From a virus: a DNA stretch of 64,000 nucleotides. Numbering within the stretch: the first letter of the stretch is position 1; each line of letters starts with the position of its first letter. Location: positions 1-64,000 of the IMG/VR virus record IMGVR_UViG_3300006752_006525; one strand, 5' to 3'. Position numbers and translations under genes: made by a program. Positions 1 through 10,024 of the stretch are shown here, one piece after another. The notes under the pieces are model-generated. The model searched no databases and was not told where the DNA came from. It was given only the letters and a program-made list of their open reading frames with translations.

Positions 1-1077
1 TTAAGTATATTGTATAGTTACTGTGGCCGCACCTTGCGTACATCCACTAGCATTTGTTAAGTATACTTTGATAGTGTTATTAGCATCAACTTCTTCTTGG
101 TATATATAACTAGGGTTAGTTACATAAACACCAGTACTTGAAATATCAACATAGTTTACACTCATTAATCTGCTTGTATCGTCATCATCACCAACAGTTA
201 AAACTGTACCCGAACCATCAAATGTAGTCGTTACATCTACCATAACAGATATTGCTTTTGAAGTTGCACTAACATTTCCAAGTGTAACGTTTCCGCCATC
301 ATATGTTACATTAGCACTTAATGTTGCACTGTCACCGCCTGAACTATCTCTGGTGCTGATAAGTGTTAAGTCACCTGTGCTGGTTGGGTTATCAACTCTA
401 GCAAGATATACAGCATACTCACCGTCACCTGCATCACCTACTTCAATAATATCACCTTCGTTGATATCTGAGTCTGCGTATACTGCCGTTAAGTTTGCTT
501 TACGATATGTTGTTGCGGCACCTGTTGCATCTGAACTTAATCCAAACGAACCAACGTATTTTGCACCAGCAACATAAATTACATTACTTGTACTTGTACC
601 AATGTCGCTTGGCAAGTTGTTTCCTATAAAGTGTAATACACCTGATTGATAATCAAAGTACCATTGGTCATCGTTACCTGAACCTGTTTCAAATAATTGC
701 GTACCACTTGATTGTACGTTATTTGTACCTGTTGGAGCCGCATATACTTTTAATTGATATGTTGCACCAAATGAGGGTGGAATCCAGTTAGTAACATTTG
801 TTTTCCAAGTACGGTTATCTGTGGATGAACCGTCTTCAGTAGTTTCGTGTGCTCCGCTAATGCTATCTGCATACACTTCAACAATACTAGAATTTGCACT
901 AGGTATAACACCAGGAACTGATGTTGACTGAGCCCATATCTGACTTGTTTTGATAATAAAGTCTGATACTATCCCTTCGTTGGGTGCTTTCTTATTAGCA
1001 TTGGTGTCTGATTTGGCTTTGCTGAAGCCAACTTTTTTCCAAAGCAGGTCTACTTTTTGACTATCTGTAATTGCCAT
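1..1077 (-). CDS. Virion structural/decoration-type protein; C-terminal domain shared with 40174..42207
   Basis: 358 aa, G/S/T-rich; C-terminal GDGEYAVYL..ISTRDSS..LGNVS..VDVTTTF..GAATVTIQY parallels the C-terminus of 40174..42207. Confidence 0.6.
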   Translation of the reverse strand: MAITDSQKVDLLWKKVGFSKAKSDTNANKKAPNEGIVSDFIIKTSQIWAQSTSVPGVIPSANSSIVEVYADSISGAHETTEDGSSTDNRTWKTNVTNWIPPSFGATYQLKVYAAPTGTNNVQSSGTQLFETGSGNDDQWYFDYQSGVLHFIGNNLPSDIGTSTSNVIYVAGAKYVGSFGLSSDATGAATTYRKANLTAVYADSDINEGDIIEVGDAGDGEYAVYLARVDNPTSTGDLTLISTRDSSGGDSATLSANVTYDGGNVTLGNVSATSKAISVMVDVTTTFDGSGTVLTVGDDDDTSRLMSVNYVDISSTGVYVTNPSYIYQEEVDANNTIKVYLTNASGCTQGAATVTIQYT

Positions 1078-4000
1078 TAACTTATACTCAGTGCAGTTAT
1101 GCTGTCACCGTCCTCTAATTTAATTCTCACAAGGATATTATTACCTGTGCTATTAGTTGCATTTTGGTCCCCAAGTGTAAGTGTGTAAGATTGATTACTT
1201 ACTGTACTACCAGTTGGCACTCTATCACCTGATGTAAATGCACAACCGTCACTTCCGTTACCGCCGTTACCTGTATCTGAACCTGGTGTTCCTGCGCCAC
1301 CATATGTTGTACTAGCATCTAACCAACCATTGATTCCTGAAGCGTCATCGATATCTGTGCCTGGAGCCGCAATCCATACGCCACTTACTTTACCACTTAA
1401 GGTGAAATCAAAGTTAGCCATTGTTGTTCTTCTAAATGCAAAAGTAAAGTATTGAGCTCCACTTCTGCCTGTTGCTAAATCAGGACCTACTGGTAAGTAA
1501 CCTGAACTTAAATCTGTATCATAATGTTGTAGTGTTCCAAATCTTACTACTGCTTCACTTGTGCCTGCAATGGTTTCTGCACCACTCCATACATTATCAG
1601 TGTAGAAGTTAGTTGAACTACTAAACGTTGGGTTGTCAGCACTTGCACCAAATCCTGTAACTCTCTTACCGTCATCATCATGTGTAGCACCTAAACTGTC
1701 TGCTACTGCAATTTCTTCTGAATCTAGTCCTGTTGGTGTCGCTGTATAAACTTGTATTTTCTCAGAAACTTCTGAGCTCATTGAACCTGCACCGTTAACG
1801 TTCTGCATTTGGAACTTGATTGTTTCAACTGTCTTAACGTTACTTGATGTGGTAATGTCTACTACAACATCACCTAATGCGTATGCACCAGCAATACCTA
1901 CGTTTGCTGTTGGTACACCTGATGCTAACATACTTGAAGCACCATCAATATCTGCATAACTTCTGTATTCTTCTTGGATAGCCGCTTGTGATGTACCCTC
2001 ATAATTAGTACCATCACTATTAAACCAAATTTGGCTACTGTCTCTGTACGCCTGTCCTATCCAGTTAGTGACTGTGGCACCTACTACTTTAACTTGTGGA
2101 CTACCTGTGTTGTAATATGGTATGCCCGAAATATATCTTTTTGTTCCAGCAGTTTCTTCTGCTAGAGAAGCACCACTTACATCAATTGTTGGTGTAGTTG
2201 ACAAGTTATCATAAACTACAAATACTTCGTTAGTGTCGCCTGTTGCATCATGGCTTAATTTAGTTTTGTGAGCACCGTAGTCTTGATCTGCTAAACTGTT
2301 AGAAACTCTTGCACTAAACACTTGATAGAAGTTTTTAGGATATGTTGTTGAACTTATTTGATCGTTTGCATCACCTTCTGCAGTGATAGTCAATGCATCA
2401 AACACACCTGTTTCACCTGCTGTGGTTGTAAACGTAACTGAACCATCTGTGCTACCGTTCCATACAGTACTTAATGTACCAGATGCACTGTTATATGCAT
2501 CTGCGGCAACCGATGTTTGCACTGCTGATGAAGTATCTCTTCTAATCACTGTTGATTGAGATAAACTATCACCTGCTGTTAAACCTGTTGAGCCTACATC
2601 GTTATATCCTGATGCCAGTTTAGGTGAAGTACCATCTGTTGATGTACTCCATGTAATACTCTTTGAACTTAATCCTGCTGGAGCACTTGGTACATCTTCT
2701 ACTTTAACAGTGAAACTGTCATTGTCAGTTTGTGCAGTGATATCTGGTGTACCACTTGCAGTCATTGTAACTGTTTTATTACCTGTTGAAGCACTGCTGT
2801 AGTCGTGTGTTACATTAGCACCACTGACACTACCTGCGCCACTACTTGCTTCTGTTACAGTAACGTTACTACTGCCGTCACCAAAGTCATATTCAAAACT
2901 ATCACCGTTTTGTGATGTATTATCTACAGTAAGTACTGCTCTGTTAGTACCTGACAAGTCTGTGCCTTTATATAAAGTTCTAATATTGTCATTGCTTGAC
3001 TTGAGGCTTGAAGTTGTGCTCGAACCTGTAATAGTTGCTCTCACATCTGGTTCAACGTGTACAGTAAAGTTTGCACTCTTAAATGGTGAACTGCTGTGAT
3101 TAGAGATAACTTCTAAGTTACCTGTGTAATCAACTGCTGTACCGTTTGCTTGTTCACTGCTACTTAATTCGTAAGTGTGATTAATTGTTCCACCGGTATC
3201 ACCTGCTGATCCAGTGCCTACGTTTACTGTAGATGTTGTACCATCTCCCCAAACGTATCTATATTGAATTCCGTATGACGCATAACTACCAATTGTGTTT
3301 TCAGTATTGTTAGTGAACTGTACTTGGTGTCCACTTGTTGATTCTTCGTTAATACCGCTGTTATCATCTAATGCTACTTCTGGAGTATGCGTATCATAAA
3401 CTTTAATTTGTTTTGTTGCAGTTGAAGGTATAACACTTGGGTCTGCAGTGCTATGACTGTCTAGACTTAATTCAACTGTATAAGTTTGTTCTTGTTCTGT
3501 TGAAGTTGTAAAGGTGTGTGCAAGTCTGCTACCTGCTGAACCACCTGGGAAAGCATCATTAGTAATTGTGCTATCCGATGTACCGTCACCCCAATCAATT
3601 GTAAACTGGATTGTTGCATCGTTGATGTTAGTTGTTTCGTTATCAAAGTACAATGATGTACCGTCATCAACTATAGTTACTGCTGAACCGCCACTTGCGG
3701 CCGCATAAAAATCAAAGTCTGCAACTGGGTTAGCAGTATATAATGTTATAAAGTCTGCTTTTGTTAAACTTGCTGAACTACCTTCACCAGCACCTGCATT
3801 GTTAAATGCTGTAACTGTTACATCAAATGGTGAATTGGAATTGTCAGTATAAGTGTGAGTTGGAGTGGAATCTGTTGTTGCAGTATCTGTAGTACCGTCA
3901 CCCCAATCAATTGTATATCTATTTGCGTTACCTGTAGCAGAAATATTCAGTGTACTAGTAAGTGGACTACCACCTGTGTCAGTGTCAACTGAAAAACTAA

Positions 4001-4427
4001 CATCTCTAACAAATGTATTATTATATACATTTAATGTAGTTTCGTTTAATTTATCAATTGCTTCTGATACTGTAGATGTATTTGTAAATGTAGTAACAGC
4101 ACCTTGTCTTGCAACAGAACTGTTTCCATCATACTCACCTTGATTAGGTGTAATATGCCAGTCACCATCACCACTTGCATCTACGTTACCTAACTGCAAA
4201 CTGAATCCGTCGGTTGCGGCACTTTGACTTACCACGTCAAGTTGCGATTTAGTTACAAAGTCAGTAGAGCCTATAGCATTTGCTCCACGCATGATGGATA
4301 ATGATCCACCTGCTGAGCTCACAGTGATTGCGCCTGAATCTGCGTTACCTTCTAATTTTGGTCCAAGTTTACCAAGTTGCAGATTTCTACCTGCACCTAT
4401 TAAACCGTAATCCTTATGTTGTGCCAT
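1077..4427 (-). CDS. Large virion protein with multiple PKD (Ig-like) domains
   Basis: 1116 aa; repeated (D/V)WGDG / DFGDG PKD motifs; late promoter upstream. Confidence 0.7.
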   Translation of the reverse strand: MAQHKDYGLIGAGRNLQLGKLGPKLEGNADSGAITVSSAGGSLSIMRGANAIGSTDFVTKSQLDVVSQSAATDGFSLQLGNVDASGDGDWHITPNQGEYDGNSSVARQGAVTTFTNTSTVSEAIDKLNETTLNVYNNTFVRDVSFSVDTDTGGSPLTSTLNISATGNANRYTIDWGDGTTDTATTDSTPTHTYTDNSNSPFDVTVTAFNNAGAGEGSSASLTKADFITLYTANPVADFDFYAAASGGSAVTIVDDGTSLYFDNETTNINDATIQFTIDWGDGTSDSTITNDAFPGGSAGSRLAHTFTTSTEQEQTYTVELSLDSHSTADPSVIPSTATKQIKVYDTHTPEVALDDNSGINEESTSGHQVQFTNNTENTIGSYASYGIQYRYVWGDGTTSTVNVGTGSAGDTGGTINHTYELSSSEQANGTAVDYTGNLEVISNHSSSPFKSANFTVHVEPDVRATITGSSTTSSLKSSNDNIRTLYKGTDLSGTNRAVLTVDNTSQNGDSFEYDFGDGSSNVTVTEASSGAGSVSGANVTHDYSSASTGNKTVTMTASGTPDITAQTDNDSFTVKVEDVPSAPAGLSSKSITWSTSTDGTSPKLASGYNDVGSTGLTAGDSLSQSTVIRRDTSSAVQTSVAADAYNSASGTLSTVWNGSTDGSVTFTTTAGETGVFDALTITAEGDANDQISSTTYPKNFYQVFSARVSNSLADQDYGAHKTKLSHDATGDTNEVFVVYDNLSTTPTIDVSGASLAEETAGTKRYISGIPYYNTGSPQVKVVGATVTNWIGQAYRDSSQIWFNSDGTNYEGTSQAAIQEEYRSYADIDGASSMLASGVPTANVGIAGAYALGDVVVDITTSSNVKTVETIKFQMQNVNGAGSMSSEVSEKIQVYTATPTGLDSEEIAVADSLGATHDDDGKRVTGFGASADNPTFSSSTNFYTDNVWSGAETIAGTSEAVVRFGTLQHYDTDLSSGYLPVGPDLATGRSGAQYFTFAFRRTTMANFDFTLSGKVSGVWIAAPGTDIDDASGINGWLDASTTYGGAGTPGSDTGNGGNGSDGCAFTSGDRVPTGSTVSNQSYTLTLGDQNATNSTGNNILVRIKLEDGDSITALSIS

Positions 4428-4460
4428 TTATTTCTACTCCAGCGGACGTTTTACAATAAG

Positions 4461-4468
4461 TATTTATC
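4461..4468 (-). promoter_or_regulatory. Late promoter GATAAATA
   Basis: T4-like late element (TATAAATA variant) about 35 nt upstream of the 4427 start. Confidence 0.65.
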
Positions 4469-4487
4469 ATTATTGAGGAATAATTAT

Positions 4488-5633
4488 ATGAGCACTAATC
4501 AATTAGATTCTAGGTGGGACAATGAGACTCTCAACTATGATCTAACCAAACACAACTGGCCAGAGTATTGGCTATCCGTAGCTCAGGATAAGTTCCCTCA
4601 AATTGAACAACTAGAAACAATACACGAAGTTCTCTCACCTAGAGAGATCAGCGAACTGGGCAAACATTGCCAAATGCAGTTTGACACAGAAGAATTACAA
4701 TCTAGAATAGATTCATATTTTGGGGATTATGTACCTGACCTTATTGACGAAGATGACTGGATGTTACAAAGATTCTTTACTGTAAGAATTGTAATACCCA
4801 ACCAAGCAAAAGTAGGTAGACTACTTGCATTCCATCAAGGCATATGGGTAGGCAATGGTTTAGGCTTACGAACAATATGGACACCCTTTACAAAATGTTA
4901 TGGAAATAACAGTATGCAGATTATGGATTGGGAAACATCAGATGAACTAACAGCAAATGCATACAAAGAACAATGGGACTATGATAAAATACAAGATGAA
5001 TGCCGTAAGCATGTTTATCCTGTAACACTAGAACCTGGTCAAGCACACTTGTTCCAGCAACATCACATTCATGGTAACTTTAATAACGACACAGATATCA
5101 CACGTTGGAGCATGGATGGTAGAGTATTACCTAAAGGACAACATTATCATAGAAAACTACCAGGTGGGTATTTTAGATTTGTTGGTGAACGTGATGACAA
5201 ACGTGAAATAGATACAACTAAAAAGTGGATTACTTATGCAGGTTGGAACAGTAAGTGGAGCGAACACTTGCCCTTACCAATGCAACGTGCTATAATAGGA
5301 CAGTATACAAATAAGTTTGGTATTGAAATAAATGACTATCAATTTGAGAATGAATATCTCAATTGGTTCCCAGGCTTAGAAAAAATGATAACTGGATATG
5401 GTGTTGAAGGTATTGTGTTATGCAGTATCTATTGTTTACCAGATAATCCATTTAGACGTTATGAGTTACTCAAAATGGCAGTTGACAATGGTGTAGAGTT
5501 ACACTTTGCTAACGAAGTAACCAGAGTTGTAAATGAAGATGATATCAAACACGTTCAACATATTTTTGAATTTGTAAATGAAAATACCAATCCAAATATC
5601 ACATTAGGCATTGAGAATGAAACTAGATTATAA
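4488..5633 (+). CDS. StrG-like/sporadic-carbohydrate-cluster 2OG-Fe(II) oxygenase fused to an LIC12192-like domain
   Basis: FHQG...HIHGNFNN..TRWSMDGR DSBH motifs; C-terminal IVLCSIYCLP..LHFANE; RBS GAGGA before ATG 4488. Confidence 0.55.
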   Translation: MSTNQLDSRWDNETLNYDLTKHNWPEYWLSVAQDKFPQIEQLETIHEVLSPREISELGKHCQMQFDTEELQSRIDSYFGDYVPDLIDEDDWMLQRFFTVRIVIPNQAKVGRLLAFHQGIWVGNGLGLRTIWTPFTKCYGNNSMQIMDWETSDELTANAYKEQWDYDKIQDECRKHVYPVTLEPGQAHLFQQHHIHGNFNNDTDITRWSMDGRVLPKGQHYHRKLPGGYFRFVGERDDKREIDTTKKWITYAGWNSKWSEHLPLPMQRAIIGQYTNKFGIEINDYQFENEYLNWFPGLEKMITGYGVEGIVLCSIYCLPDNPFRRYELLKMAVDNGVELHFANEVTRVVNEDDIKHVQHIFEFVNENTNPNITLGIENETRL

Positions 5634-6087
5634 AGGCGTAGGCACAGTAGGATTTACATGTAGCACATTTGACTTGCTACATGCAGGTCATATCACAATG
5701 TTGGAAGAAGCAAAAAGACATTGTGATTACTTAATTGTTGGTTTACAAACAGACCCTACACTAGACAGAGAAGGTAAAAACAGACCTGTACAGTCTATTG
5801 TAGAAAGACAAGTTCAGCTCAGTGCTGTTAAATATGTTGATGAGATTGTTATCTATTCAACAGAACAAGATCTTGTTGACTTGTTACTAACATTACCAAT
5901 TGATGTTAGAATACTAGGAGACGAATACAAAGGTAAAGATTTTACAGGTAAAGACATTGCCAAACAACGTGGTAGTAAGATTATTTACAACGGCAGAGAC
6001 CACAGTTTCAGTAGTACAAGTTTGAGAAGGCGTGTTGCTGAAGCAGAAAAATTTTCAAGGAGCGATGTTGTACAATTACCTAAATAG
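5617..6087 (+). CDS. Cytidylyltransferase (TagD/glycerol-3-phosphate CT-like)
   Basis: TFDLLHAGH (HxGH), LIVGLQTD, SSTSLR motifs. Confidence 0.85.
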   Translation: MKLDYKGVGTVGFTCSTFDLLHAGHITMLEEAKRHCDYLIVGLQTDPTLDREGKNRPVQSIVERQVQLSAVKYVDEIVIYSTEQDLVDLLLTLPIDVRILGDEYKGKDFTGKDIAKQRGSKIIYNGRDHSFSSTSLRRRVAEAEKFSRSDVVQLPK

Positions 6088-6535
6088 TTTTGCACTTTTA
6101 TTTGGTGCAATTTTGGTGAGTAGATTTGCTGAATTACCAGCAAACTTTACACCCTTACTTGCGTCAGCCATTTTTATTCCTCAAATGATGTCAAACAGGT
6201 TGACGCAAGTACTTTTTCCAATATCAATTCTATTCTTAACAGACATTGTTTTGGGTTTCTACACTGTAATGCCCATAGTGTACCTATGCATGGGTCTAGC
6301 ACCTATTATAAGCAGTTTTAACAAGAATATTTATATGTCTGGTGCATTGAGTGTACTGATTTGGCACATTGCTGTAAACGGTGCTGTGTACGTCACAGGG
6401 CATGGATATCCGCCGTTTAGTGCAGAAGCAATGATATTTGACATGAGATTATTACTCAGTACAATGCTGTTCCTAGCATTGTTTGATGGTGTAAAAAGAT
6501 TCGTTTCAAACATCAAATACTTGACATCACAGTAA
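6065..6535 (+). CDS. Membrane protein, DUF6580/ECF S-component-like putative transporter
   Basis: Multiple TM helices; SR..LPANFTP motif; RBS AAGGAG. Confidence 0.5.
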   Translation: MLYNYLNSFALLFGAILVSRFAELPANFTPLLASAIFIPQMMSNRLTQVLFPISILFLTDIVLGFYTVMPIVYLCMGLAPIISSFNKNIYMSGALSVLIWHIAVNGAVYVTGHGYPPFSAEAMIFDMRLLLSTMLFLALFDGVKRFVSNIKYLTSQ

Positions 6536-6548
6536 AAGAGCGTATACT
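6521..6548 (+). promoter_or_regulatory. Sigma70-type early promoter (leaderless to 6555)
   Basis: TTGACA-16-TATACT, ATG 6 nt downstream. Confidence 0.65.
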
Positions 6549-6554
6549 TATAGT

Positions 6555-6986
6555 ATGAATATAGTACTCACACTTCTGGAAAAATTAGGACGTAAAAGAG
6601 TTATAATGGATCGTCTCAGTAACGAACCATACTTAACAAGATACTACTTGTTTCTGAAGGAACGCAAGTGGTTCCCTTTTAATATATTCCTTCATAACTT
6701 TCACAAAGGAGACCCGGATGATTTACATGATCACCCTTGGCCTTATTTCACTATTATCCTTAAAGGTGGCTATTGGGAGCACCTTGAGACTGGCGAGCGA
6801 AAATGGAGGTCCCCAGGTCAAGGACGCATTGCTGGCAGTCGTAGCCTACACCGTATTGAGTTGGAACCTGGCGTTGATTGCTGGACTCTTTTTATTCCAG
6901 GCCCCCAATTAAGGGAATGGGGATTTATAGACAAAGGCGAATGGAAACAACACGAACAGTATTTGGCTGAACGTTACAAAGGGTAG
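6555..6986 (+). CDS. Cupin/DSBH-fold phage protein
   Basis: LHNFH..D.DDLHDHPW..IILKGGYWE..HRIEL motifs. Confidence 0.6.
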   Translation: MNIVLTLLEKLGRKRVIMDRLSNEPYLTRYYLFLKERKWFPFNIFLHNFHKGDPDDLHDHPWPYFTIILKGGYWEHLETGERKWRSPGQGRIAGSRSLHRIELEPGVDCWTLFIPGPQLREWGFIDKGEWKQHEQYLAERYKG

Positions 6987-6987
6987 T

Positions 6988-7149
6988 ATGTATATTTGTG
7001 TGTGCAATGCAATTACCACAACCATGCTAAAAGAAAACCCAGAGTTAAAAAAGAAGATTGGCTCTAATTGTGGTAAGTGTCTAGAATGGTTAAAAGAAAA
7101 TAAATACCCAGGCACAGACATAAAAATTGAGGACACAGATGAAAATTAA
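6988..7149 (+). CDS. bfd: BFD-like [2Fe-2S] protein (53 aa, absent from ORF track)
   Basis: MYICVCNAI...GSNCGKC, the CxC...CxxC pattern of bacterioferritin-associated ferredoxin. Confidence 0.7.
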   Translation: MYICVCNAITTTMLKENPELKKKIGSNCGKCLEWLKENKYPGTDIKIEDTDEN

Positions 7150-7546
7150 ATTTGTTTCAGCATTCATGGACTGTGCAGAAAGATTTGCACAATTAAGTAC
7201 AGCAACCAGAGCAAAGGTTGGAGCACTTATTGTAAAAGACAATAGAATTATTTCTATTGGTTACAATGGTATGCCATCAGGTTGGGATAATGAATGTGAA
7301 GAAGATGGAAAAACAAAACCAGAAGTTCTTCACGCAGAAACTAATGCTATTGCCAAAGTAGCACAAAGTTCAGAGAGCAGTAGAGGCTCAGAACTATTTT
7401 GCACACACTTACCTTGTATGGAATGTGCTAAACTAATTCATCAAAGTGGTATAGTCACTGTGTACTACCGAGAAGAATACCAAGCCGCCAAAGGCACTGG
7501 TAAACAATTTTTAATCGACAGTGGCATTGAGGTAATAAAGGTATGA
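7139..7546 (+). CDS. dCMP deaminase
   Basis: GYNG, HAE and PCMEC zinc motifs. Confidence 0.9.
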   Translation: MKIKFVSAFMDCAERFAQLSTATRAKVGALIVKDNRIISIGYNGMPSGWDNECEEDGKTKPEVLHAETNAIAKVAQSSESSRGSELFCTHLPCMECAKLIHQSGIVTVYYREEYQAAKGTGKQFLIDSGIEVIKV

Positions 7547-8124
7547 ATATAACAGTAACAGAAACAGCAAGAGAATATCTCAGCAACTTACTCAGTAAAA
7601 ATAGTGAAGCAATTGGTGTGAGGTTGTTTGTAGACAAGCCTGGAACACCACGTGCAGAAACATTATTAACTTATGCCAAAGAATCAAGTATCGAAGAAAC
7701 AGATGTGAAAGAGTCATTTGGTCCACTTGATGTTTATGCTGTTGGTGAGAGTGTGAAATATCTTGATGATGCATTAATTAATTATGATGCTGACTTTGCT
7801 GGTGGAACACTGACTATCAAAGCACCTAACAGTAAGTTACCTAAGTTGGGACCTGATGCCACACTCAGTGACAAAGTAAATTATGTTCTATATAACGAAG
7901 TAAATGAAATGGTCAAGATGCATGGTGGCGAAGTTTCACTTGTTGAAATCACAGATGAGGATGTTGCTATCATCAGTTTCGGTGGTGGGTGTCAAGGATG
8001 TAGTGCAGTTGATGCAACACTTAAACATGTTGTGGAAGACACTATTATGAAGGCAGTGCCCGAAGTCAAAGGCGTTAAAGATATTACTGATCATACAGAT
8101 ACCAGTAACGCCTATTACACTTAA
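7543..8124 (+). CDS. nfuA: Fe-S biogenesis protein NfuA
   Basis: N-terminal degenerate A-type domain (PGTPRAE), HGGEV, GGGCQGC, DITDH. Confidence 0.9.
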   Translation: MNITVTETAREYLSNLLSKNSEAIGVRLFVDKPGTPRAETLLTYAKESSIEETDVKESFGPLDVYAVGESVKYLDDALINYDADFAGGTLTIKAPNSKLPKLGPDATLSDKVNYVLYNEVNEMVKMHGGEVSLVEITDEDVAIISFGGGCQGCSAVDATLKHVVEDTIMKAVPEVKGVKDITDHTDTSNAYYT

Positions 8125-8125
8125 T

Positions 8126-8254
8126 TTATTCAGGCCACATATTTTGAGCAACGACCTCAAGACGCCCTTGCTTCATCATGGTATCAAATTTTCTAAAGTA
8201 GTCCAATGCTAATCGATGAGTTGCACTGGCTACTATTCCTATGGATTTCGCCAT
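8126..8254 (-). CDS. Small protein, 42 aa (MAKSIGIVASATHRLALDYFRKFDTMMKQGRLEVVAQNMWPE)
   Basis: AGGAGA RBS, own late promoter at 8362-8369, fills the intergenic gap. Confidence 0.65.
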   Translation of the reverse strand: MAKSIGIVASATHRLALDYFRKFDTMMKQGRLEVVAQNMWPE

Positions 8255-8318
8255 TTCAGTCTCCTATGTATGACACAATGTACCACAAAGCACCAGTAAC
8301 GTCAACTCTAATGAGTAC

Positions 8319-8362
8319 TGTTACAATCGGGCAACTTAAATGTTACAATCGTGTTACAGAAT
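8319..8362. promoter_or_regulatory. 11-bp-phased direct repeats TGTTACA (OmpR/PhoB-family-like operator)
   Basis: TGTTACAATCG at 8319 and 8341, TGTTACAGAAT at 8352. Confidence 0.5.
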
Positions 8363-8369
8363 ATTTATC
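8362..8369 (-). promoter_or_regulatory. Late promoter GATAAATA
   Basis: Motif match upstream of the 42-aa ORF. Confidence 0.6.
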
Positions 8370-8470
8370 ATTAACACAGTGTTTATTAACTGATTATAGA
8401 ATGACTTTCAAAAAGGTTGACAAACACCAGAAAAATGCTACAATGTTGTTTTATTAATATAAGTATCAGT

Positions 8471-8689
8471 ATGAAGAAAAGCACTACGCAAATGACAAAG
8501 TCTGAATTGATAGAAACTATCAAAAACAAAGATATACTTATAGCCGACCTCAACGATCGTATCGATGAGTTAGAGGGAATGGCAATAAGTAGTCAAGCGG
8601 TTCCTATGGATGCTGATGCAAGTAAATTGCTGACGTTGATGAATCAACGAATCCAAGCATTAGAGGAACAGATAAGTGAAAAAACCTAG
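8471..8689 (+). CDS. Coiled-coil hypothetical protein
   Basis: ORF; TATAAGTA 5 nt before ATG; sigma70 TTGACA..TACAAT near 8417. Confidence 0.55.
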   Translation: MKKSTTQMTKSELIETIKNKDILIADLNDRIDELEGMAISSQAVPMDADASKLLTLMNQRIQALEEQISEKT

Positions 8690-9065
8690 ACTAGTTTTCG
8701 TCTACGGAACTCTCAAAACCGGTAACACAACCAGAGGAATGCAATATTTCGAAGGTGCTGAGTTTGTGGGTGAAGGCATTACCTCGGATAACATACATGA
8801 CATCTTTGACTTGGGAAGTTTTCCTGCTGTCACAGAAGGCAAGTATAAAATCAAAGGAGAAGTATATGCTGTCGATGATGAAACATTTGAATACTTAGAT
8901 GCAATTGAAGGGTATCCAGATTTCTATAATAGGAAAAAAATATCAGTTAATATATCATCTGCTAAAGTAACAGCATATATGTATTTTATTGATAGGGTAA
9001 CCCTTTTGAATTCATACAAAACATCACCAGTAGGAGCAATTGGTGATACTAAGGAGTGGAATTAA
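8676..9065 (+). CDS. Gamma-glutamylcyclotransferase (AIG2-like)
   Basis: VFVYGTLK, GEVY, LDAIEGYP..Y.R motifs. Confidence 0.85.
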   Translation: MKKPRLVFVYGTLKTGNTTRGMQYFEGAEFVGEGITSDNIHDIFDLGSFPAVTEGKYKIKGEVYAVDDETFEYLDAIEGYPDFYNRKKISVNISSAKVTAYMYFIDRVTLLNSYKTSPVGAIGDTKEWN

Positions 9066-9761
9066 ATGGCTAAATTTAGATATAGAATTGAAGCAGGCAA
9101 CTACGGTGGTGAACTCACTGTCGGCGAAGTACCAGCAGAATTTGTTGAGTATTGGAAACATGAGGAGCAAGAAGACCTCATTGATCAAGTAATATCATTT
9201 GATGATATGGATGATGATGAACCTGAAGATGCATTAGAGAATCCTGATGGACCACCAATGGTAGACAATTACTGGCATGACATTGATGATCTAGAACATC
9301 AAAATGGTTGTTATTCAGATGGCAGTTGGACAGTTACACCTGTACCAACAGACGGTTCAGATGATTGGGCATACGAAGATTCAATCGAAGTTGAACCTAC
9401 TCACATGTACAGCAGAGAATGTTACAGTTCAGATGAGGTTGACGAAGAGTACGAAGATCAAACTGTGCCTGTGTTAGCATTTCACAGTTCAGAGAAAGGT
9501 ACATTTGCATGTTGGTTCTTGGATACCGATGAACAGTTTGATGCAGAGAAATTGAGATTTGGCAGTTGTGAAAGTGACCTTGCAGATCTTGTTGAAGCAG
9601 TTTACTACGGCAAAGAAGAACTTGAAGCAAACTATGATTACAATGACACAACTGGCAAGGCATACTATGCTCATGTTGGTTACGTGAATAGAAAGTGGCA
9701 TGACCCACTTGATCATTACACTGTTGAACAGTTAGAGGAAGATGGCTACTTTGACGAATGA
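9066..9761 (+). CDS. Acidic hypothetical protein
   Basis: 231-aa ORF with RBS AAGGAG. Confidence 0.6.
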   Translation: MAKFRYRIEAGNYGGELTVGEVPAEFVEYWKHEEQEDLIDQVISFDDMDDDEPEDALENPDGPPMVDNYWHDIDDLEHQNGCYSDGSWTVTPVPTDGSDDWAYEDSIEVEPTHMYSRECYSSDEVDEEYEDQTVPVLAFHSSEKGTFACWFLDTDEQFDAEKLRFGSCESDLADLVEAVYYGKEELEANYDYNDTTGKAYYAHVGYVNRKWHDPLDHYTVEQLEEDGYFDE

Positions 9762-10024
9762 GTATGTACGGCCATCCGGCTTACACTAGGTACCCACATT
9801 TGAAACCAGGCCCAACAGATGCCAAGTACACCAAGTGGCAAAAAGTATTTGCGTGGCGGCCCATTAAAACACTTAGTGAACAACGAGTGTGGCTTAAATA
9901 CGTGTACAGGAGAGAAAGGATTGTAGAATGGACACCTCCTCAATTTCCTGAAGGTGCATTTAATCGTGTTGAATACGAAACAGTTGAAAAAATAATAGAA
10001 CGAAAATTAGCAGGAACTAGTTAA
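9758..10024 (+). CDS. Hypothetical protein
   Basis: Translationally coupled ORF; W..FAWRP.K phage motif. Confidence 0.55.
   Translation: MSMYGHPAYTRYPHLKPGPTDAKYTKWQKVFAWRPIKTLSEQRVWLKYVYRRERIVEWTPPQFPEGAFNRVEYETVEKIIERKLAGTS

Noticed and set aside
8206-8457. 83-aa plus-strand ORF in the track
   Set aside because: Overlaps the better-supported minus-strand 42-aa ORF, its leader and promoters; no RBS
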